From: Cyanophora paradoxa CCMP329
Lineage: Eukaryota; Plantae; Glaucophyta
Direction: 5' to 3'
Assembly (NCBI GenBank): GCA_004431415.1
Contig: QPMI01000116.1
Span: forward strand, 186,001-250,000
Length of the DNA stretch: 64,000 nt
Below, in pieces: positions 56,801-64,000 of the stretch (positions are counted from its first letter, which is position 1; each line of letters opens with the position of its first letter). The notes under the pieces are model-generated. The model did not search any database. It worked only from the letters and a program-made list of their open reading frames with translations, and was not told the origin of the DNA. The position numbers and the translations under genes are program-made.

Positions 56801-59800
56801 AGAGCGCCCCAGGTGAAGATCACCGCGGACGAGACGGGGTCGGCGGCCGCCGGCTGCACGTGGAGCGTGTACGGCGAGGACGCCACACTCGCACCCCCGA
56901 GGAGGACTTGCACTTCGTACTCGCCGGCGACGCTCTCCGCGAAAGTCATCGTACCGTTCCCGTCCTGCCCGACGCTGACGGAGAACGTCCGGACAGGTCG
57001 CGGCCGCTGCGTCGATTTGGGTGACACGATAATCGTGAAGGCTGCGAAGCAAGTCAGTGTTTTCGCTTCTGTAACAGACATGCAAGAACGCACAGACGCC
57101 AGGCTGGGTTGGCGCAGAGCCGTCTTCATCGCGGGCGGTCACTTGGAAAATTGCGGTGCTATCGGCCAACATTGAGTGCGGAATCGACACGAAGCTCTTG
57201 TCCGCGGCAGGGACGCTGTCCGCAGGGAAGACGGAAACTCCGATGCTGGCCTTGGCGTAGCTTCCGGCGTCAAAGACGGCCTTCTTGCTGGCGGAGCGCA
57301 CGGTGACCGTGAACGAGTATGCGGCGCCTGCAGTCTGGAAGAAGGATCCGGGTATCACCACCGCCGATTGGGTCTCAGCGCCTGCAACGCAGCGGCGGTC
57401 AGCGGGGCCATTTGTGAAGAGGTGTCTTCCGCGCACCGAGGAAATCGCTTCCGGCGCAGAGCGACCCCGAAGAGTCGACGCAAGTCCACGCGTAGGTCCA
57501 GTCGGACGTCGTGGCCGAGTCGGGGTCAGTGGCGGTCGCAGCGAGCGACAGGCCGCTGTGGGTGGCCTGCAAGATGGTGCCGCTCTTGTCGAGCGTGACT
57601 GAAATCGGCGACGGTGCAAACGTGAGGAGGACGGCGCTGGTGGAGATAAGAGTCGTCGAGCCGTCAACTGGGAGCTCCGCACGGAACTGCAACCGGAGAG
57701 AGGCGATATGGCGCGTGTCCAACTTCGTGAGATCGAGGCGGAGCTGGCGGCTGGTGACGTCGGCGGCGCTGGCGAGGTCGATGCCCGGCGCGTCGACGGC
57801 CGACCAAGCGAGCTTCAGGCGCGGAAGCAGGTCGGCTACGGGCTGGCAGCTCGCCAGCGCGACCTCGGCCCACAGGTCCATGGTGGCGGAGCGACGGACG
57901 GAAATCGGCGACGGCCCACGGATGGAGGTGCTGACGGTCAGATCCGACCGCTTGCTGACAAAGACGGACGACACGGGCCCGCGGTTGCCGAAGAAGTTCC
58001 GGGCCGAAAGAGAGAATTCAATCTCGGCGTTGTCGGGCAGATTGGGCACGACGGCAGTCAGGTTGACGCTCGAGCGGCCTTGCTGCGCCGCAATCGCTGC
58101 GGCGAGAGCCTCCGCCACGGCCGTTGCGGCGGCGCCCTGCGGGCTGACCACCCGGGACGACCAAGAGAGCGCGACGTCGCGGTTGCCGCCGCCGGAGACG
58201 GAGAGCGCCTGCAGCACCAGCTCCGAGCAGGCGCTGATGACGGGCGGCGCGACGGCGGTGGCTGAGGGCTCGAGCGGCCGCAGAGGCGCCAGGAGAGTGG
58301 ACGACGCCGTCGACGACAGCGAGTTGCCCACCGACGTGAACTGCGCTTCGGAGTGAGAATTCGAAGCTAAAAGCAGGCGCGGATCACGCGATCGCACGCA
58401 CGAGGACGCCGGCCTTGACGGCGATATTGTCGCCCGGCATAACAGAGCTTGCGCGGCCGATCGAGACGACGAGGAGAGAGGGGCTTGGCCACGCGCAGGT
58501 TGCTGGGGGCCGGTCAGCGGGCGAGCCAAATTTTTTAAGCCGCGAATCGCGCACCGCCCTCGAGGAACATAAGGGTAGACGCAGAGAGGACGCGTGCGCA
58601 GTCCTGGCTGGCGACAAAGCCGCTGTTCGGGTCGACCATGCCCGCCGTGTCGGTGTCCGCGTCGAACAGAACGTCGATCGCGTCGCCCGTCGGCGCGAAG
58701 ATGGCCCTCGAAATGGCGGGCGCCGCCGCTAAATTAAAGGAGCTTAAGTTCGAATCGGCCGAAAGGTTCAAGAGCACGCACCCGGCTGGAAAGGGACCAC
58801 GACAGAGGCGGACTGCGCAAAGGCAGAGGCTGTCGAGCTGCGCATGGAGACGGACACGCGGAAGGACCCGGCGGGCACGACGAGCAGGCGCGCCAGGACG
58901 GCGTCCTTTGCCGGAGTGTAATCGAGCTGCACGGACGGCGGGAATGCGGAGGCGGCCGGGCGCGTCTCGCCGACTGCAGCGACGGCGACGGCGAAGAGGT
59001 CGCCGACCGAGCCCCACGTGGCGAGGTCGATCGCGTTCCTGTACGCGTCGCGGATCTGCGGACGGTCAGTGCCGAGCGAAATTCGCCGGCGAAGGGGCGC
59101 GGCGCACCGAAATGCGGAGGGCGAGCTCGGAGCCAGCCGTCGGGGCGGACGCCGATGCCACGGACAGAACGGTCTGGGACGGGTCCGCGTCGGACGGCGT
59201 GACCGTCATCACGAGCGGGGCGAAGCCGCCGGCGAGAGTCAGACGGAAGCTGCCCGCCAGCGTGCTGCCCACGGCGACTCCGTACCGGCCGGCGCCCAGG
59301 GACACGGGGCTGGGCGCGATGGTCGTCTCGGACAGGTTGGTGCTCGGCGAGCCCGTGAGCTCGAGCGTCCACGGGAAAACGCTGGCAACGCCGTTTCGAG
59401 CGTTGCCGTAGCTGCGCGGGGTAGGTGAGATTTCGCGGCAATAGCGCCTGAGAGAACGTATGCAGCAAATGCGGGCCGAACCTGTCAAGCGCGGCGAACG
59501 TAAGGCACGCGCGACCAACGCCGGCTGCGAATGAAGGGGAGAAGGATGCGCTCCTTTCGCGCTCCTCCAGCAAAACTCCGGATTGTTCGCCTGCGACCGC
59601 GGTGGACATCAAGCACGGAATTGAGCCTTTATGTCCCTCTGAAGCGCACCGGCAACAACGGTGACGTGCGGAGCGGGTGGTAGCGAAAGCGCGACGACGT
59701 TGCCGTCGATCCTTAGGCTGACTGCGACGCGGTAGGTTGTGGCCTTGGTCATCGAGAGCACCGCCCGGAAGGCGACGCCGTCCGCCGCACGCGACAGCGT

Positions 59801-62800
59801 CACGGTGCTGCGCTGCACCTCCGCGGACGAGGCCGGGACCGTGTACGTGGGGAACGAGCACGTGTCCAGAGACACGGGAGACGACGAGTCGGCGGTTGCG
59901 GCCGCCGGGTTGCGGTCGGCCTCGAAAACCTGCATGACGACATCGAGCCCCGTACCCGTCGACCCGCCCGATGCGATGACGTTCTCGTTCGCGTCCCTGC
60001 GCGGCTGCTCGGATCGGCGCGGTGCGGGGCAACGATCAAAGCGAACCGAACGAGGACGTCCACGTTGCACGAGCCGCCCGCGGCGAGCGGCGAGCAGCCA
60101 AGGAAAGAGACGACGGTCTTGCTCGCGCTGGGTGCGCCGGGGACGACGTCGAAGGTCTGGAGCCCGCCCGGGAGGCTCGAGCCATCCATGGACACGGTCA
60201 GAACGTAGCTGCCCGCGACCTGCACGCTGGTCGCCGCGCTGAGATCCACACTTGCCGTTCCGTCAGCGCCGGTGGAGACCGTCGAACTCCACGCAACACT
60301 ATCATCGACGGCGCTGCGAATCGCTGCAAGCACGCTCTTGCCCCCGATTGAGTTGCCGAACGCGTCGCGGATTACAGCCGAGGCGCTGCCGGTGATGCTG
60401 CCGGCGACCCGCGACCGCACCGAGACGCTCACCGAAGAAACGCCGAAGCTGGCCGCTGCTGGCGTCACCACGAGATTCTTAGTTTGGATGCTCTGTGTGC
60501 CGAGGAGGACCTCGACTGAGTACTGTCCGGCGACAGCTTGCGTGTAGGAGACCGACGCCTGAGCGCCCTTGTCCGTAACGATAGTGCGAGTTTGAACGGA
60601 GCGCTGGGTCGAAATTGGAGTAATCACAATCTTGAAGGCTGGAATTTAAACCCGTGGTCAGATGCGTCGAAAACATTGCTGACAGGAGAGAACGCACTGA
60701 TATCCGGGTCTGCGTCGGGGGATGCCGCAGTAAACGTGACTGTGCTGCCAGCCTCCATGGATCCAGGCACATCCACGGTGCAAGTCGCCGCATTCGCGAG
60801 CACTGCCGTCACAAAACGTTAGAAGGGCGTAGATGCTAACAGAGAGGGCGGCTCGTACCGTACGTGAACTCCACGTGACCGGGGCTGGCCTCGCCCGAGG
60901 CCGAGTTTGCGATGCGCAGTTGGAGAGTCTTGCGGTTGCTGTTCGAGCTGTAGGGCGGCGCGCTGCAGGTCGCCGAAATGCTGTCCCGGAAGGTGGCAGC
61001 CGTCGAAGTGACCGCGCCGGCGAGGTCCGTCCAGAGGCACGTGAGCTGCCCGTTCGGGTTGAAGTTGCTGCCGTAGAGCGTGACGGTCGCGCTGGAGACG
61101 GACGAGGACGCCGTCGAAGGCGCGATGCTGCCGAGGGACGGCGGGCGCGTGTCGTCCCACACGGAGACGGCGCCAGCGTTCGTAAACGAGACGCCGTCGA
61201 GCGCCACCGAAAGAGCGATGCCGCCCGTCCACGACTCGCCGAGGTTCGGCAGCGTGCAGAGGATGGAAGACGCGCTCACAAAGCCGGCAACCGTTTCGGC
61301 GACGGCATCCTTGTCGGTTCCCCACTGGGCGCGGCACCGAAGCGCGGAGCCAGTGTTCGTGAAAGTCGATCCGCCGATGGCGACAGAGATGCAAGTGGGC
61401 TGGAAGCACGCGTGAGGAGCGAACCTACTTATATATAAAGCGAACAGAAATTTGTGCACGACATTGTCATCGCCGGTCGGCGGGCAGACCTGTGACACCG
61501 TGCGCACCAAGGAGATTGGTGTGACCGTGAACGGCGCTGCGAGGTTTTCGGTCACAGCAAGCTCTCTCTACAGTACTGGCAGGCAGAGCTCACAGATCAC
61601 GGTGACGGAGACGGACTTTTCCACGTCGCGGGGCGATCCCAGCGAGATCGCGAGCGTGTAGGTGCCTTTCGCGAGCTGGGCGGTCGGGCAAACGATTGCA
61701 TCGCTCGTGCTGGCGGCGAGGGCGTCCACTTCATTGCCGTTAAAAACGCAGCGGGTGCGACCCTGAACGTGGTAGAGCCGGCCCGTGACGAACACGGAAG
61801 CTGTCTGAGCGAAAACGGCCACAGGGGGAAGCGCAGCCGCGGGGCTCATCGCGTCTGCCGCATGGCGTCAGAGGTCATCCGGCGAGAGGATGGAGCGCGC
61901 GAGACGGACCGTAAACGGCGAGTGTGGCGGCGCTCTGCTGGGACCAGCTCGCGCCGTTTGTAATGGAGAGGGTGACGCTGTAGACCTGAGGCAAGGAAGC
62001 GCCCGAGACGACTCGCTGCAGATCGGGCAGCGTGCCGCAGTCGACGCTGCCGTCCGCTGCGGAGACGGCGGCCAACGAAGCGAGAATCTCCAGCGGCGCA
62101 GAGGGCGACGACGCGAAGGCAACGGCGCATTTCGGCAGCCCGGAGTCGGCGAACGAGAAGGCGGCGGAGCCGTCCGTCGTCGCGCGAACGGTGATGGGGA
62201 TGCCGCCGTGGATGGAGGCGAGCACGGGAGTCGGCGCGGCCCCCCAGGACACGACCGGGTCACCTGTCGCGCGGGCGCGGCTGAGCACGTGTACAAAGCC
62301 AAGCGGAAAACGTCTGAGCAGCAAAGCACCGATTACTGTGACGGAGGCGGCAGCGCCCGACGCTGGCGAGCGGCCGGAGCCCGGGGACAGACTGAAGGCG
62401 ATGGGCGCCGCGCCAGTGGTGGACATTGCGCCTGTGACGCAGGAGAGCGAGAGCGCCGAGGTGCTGAGCGTGAGGCCCGAGCACTCGACGCCGCCTAAGA
62501 ACACTGACGCGTCGACCAGCAGCGGCCGCAGGAGCGAGTACGAGGCTTGAGAGAGGGTAAGAGTCAGCTGGGAGCCACCGGAAGCCGGAACCCTGGCCGG
62601 CGACACGCTGACAACCTCGATGCGAGCTGCGCAGAAACGTAAGTAAATGATAAAAGAACCCGATCGGATATTAGAGGAGCGCACGGTAGAGGACGAAGTC
62701 CAGCTTTTTGTCTTCGGCATAGGTCACTCCGTCTGGAGCGAGGGCGACCTGAAGCGCGAAAGAGCCGCCCGCGAAAGCAGAGTCCGGAAGAGGCATATCG

Positions 62801-64000
62801 AAGGACTGAGGCGGGTTGTTGCTCGGAGCAGCCGTCGGCTGGCACGCGCAAGGGCCCGATGCGGGCTTCACGCAATTCGCGCCGAGCCTGAGAAGGCCCG
62901 CAGCGCCGCGGGTCCCCCACTCCGACTGGCGGACGGGGACGGGCGCGGGGCACGAGACGCCACTCTCGGTGCGGATCGCCTCGACCTCGACCTCGGACCC
63001 CGCCGCGGCCCCCGAGATGCTCCAGCGGCACCTGAAGGAAACAGTTATATAATTAGAGCGCCCTTGGAAGGAAGGGAAGCAATGCGGGCGCTCGGACCTG
63101 GCTTCCTTGGGCAGGCCGCCGAGGTTCTTGCCTACAAGGCGGATCGCGGAGGGCGACGAAACCACCATCCAGCCGCGGGACGGCGAGATGTGTGCGGCGT
63201 CCGGGTAGTTGTAGTACGAAAGCGACCGCGGATTCTCCGCCGCCTCGCGCCCGTCCGGGAAGTAGGTCAGAGTCTGCTCGTACGGGTCCGTTGCGCCCTT
63301 CCGAGGCAGGCTGAACGCGAAGGAGCAGCCGTCCTGGCTGAAGTTCGTGGGCCGCACCCTCAAATCGCCGACCTGGACGAACGCGTTCCCGTCCGCCTGG
63401 ATCAGACCGGAGCCGAAGACAGTGACAGAGGTGGAGCCGGCGCCAAAGGCAGGGGCCGAGGCGGGGACGATCGCCGCCAGCGCGCCGACGCCGTCGCGGT
63501 AGGTGTACGTGACGGGCGTCGTGTGGAAGGTGTGGACGGCCTGCACGCCGAGGGCGACCTTGTGGGCGACGCGAGTGAACTCGACGACGACGGACACGGC
63601 GCCCGTCGTGGGGCTCAGCGGGGCGGTGCAGAGGACGGCGTGGAGGTCGTCTGGGCTGCGGACGAGCCTCGCAGCGACGCGCATGCCGTCGAACAGGCAG
63701 GCCAGGTCCTCGGTCTGGGATCGTGTCAACAGAGCTCGAGGCGAGGCGGGAGCAGAGAAAAGCAACGCGGACCGCGAGGAAGTTCGTGCCGCGAATGGTG
63801 AGGGTCACGGGGCTGCGGCGGTTGCCCGAGGTGGGGAAGAGGGGGTTGGACGCCGCCAGGACGGGCCTGCAGGCCGTGTTGTCCCCTCCGCACACGTTGC
63901 AAGCGTCGTACGTCTTCCCGTCGATGGCGCCGTCGCAACCCTTGCAGGTGGTCCCGTCGCCGCCGCACACGCCCTGCTCGACAGCGTCAGCGGCAGCCGT
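47830..64000 (-). CDS. Gene I: giant single-pass cell-surface/adhesion protein (Cys-rich CGGD repeats, IPT/TIG, filamin/Big-1 Ig-like repeats, REJ-like region, SP-rich stalk, TM, short tail); 5' end beyond window
   Basis: [27 protein letters not shown] (63870-63970). IPT-like [34 protein letters not shown]. Invasin/Big-1-like [20 protein letters not shown] and [16 protein letters not shown]-like [49 protein letters not shown] (57480-58730). [25 protein letters not shown] followed by RRHR. Stop at 47830. Confidence 0.85.
53415..54650 (-). repeat. Coding minisatellite encoding a ([12 protein letters not shown])n stalk
   Basis: About 30 copies of a 36-bp unit (some 48-bp variants), GGCGTCTCCGTCGGCGAGGGGCTGGGCGACGGGCTCGGGCTC-like, in frame in ORF 53297-54883. 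Confidence 0.95.
55028..56514 (-). repeat. Near-identical internal domain duplication in gene I (55028-55325 vs 56217-56514)
   Basis: About 298 bp repeated with only a handful of substitutions. Both copies encode [39 protein letters not shown]. Confidence 0.9.

Noticed and set aside
1-64000. rRNA, intact tRNA, transposase/RT or viral hallmark genes
   Set aside because: None recognised on either strand.

Overview
GC-rich, intron-dense eukaryotic (protist/algal) genomic DNA. The short GT/GC-AG introns with gtgcgc-type donors and cgcag acceptors resemble a glaucophyte such as Cyanophora, but that is an impression I could not verify. Almost all long ORFs in the supplied track are GC-driven shadows; real genes had to be rebuilt exon by exon. 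I find nine spliced genes. (A) A CUB+LamG surface protein on the minus strand, running off the left edge. (B) Its head-to-head paralogue, a ~12 kb CUB-LamG-Kelch-PKD-multipass-TM receptor-like gene. (C) An F-box/LRR-like gene. (D) An unknown gene. (E, H) Two paralogues sharing an EF-hand-like module and intron positions. (F) A secreted protein made of two copies of a Trp-rich beta-type domain. (G) A coiled-coil protein ending in a catalytically dead AMSH-type JAMM/MPN domain. (I) A >16 kb single-pass giant surface protein (IPT, Big-1/filamin, REJ-like, SP-rich stalk), running off the right edge. Non-genic elements include a TA-flanked CCGTA-terminal MITE whose empty site is preserved 90 bp away. 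The most striking signal is in the introns: two near-equal-length introns in unrelated genes share one repeat core (Introner-like); several inserts, mostly AT-rich, are flanked by 13-17 bp direct repeats at or near splice junctions, one apparently creating an intron; exon-end/donor sites are tandemly re-duplicated and decay by C>T/G>A (CG>CA>TA); and AG|GC donors are frequent. Gene boundaries are approximate because several frameshifts fall in G/C homopolymers.
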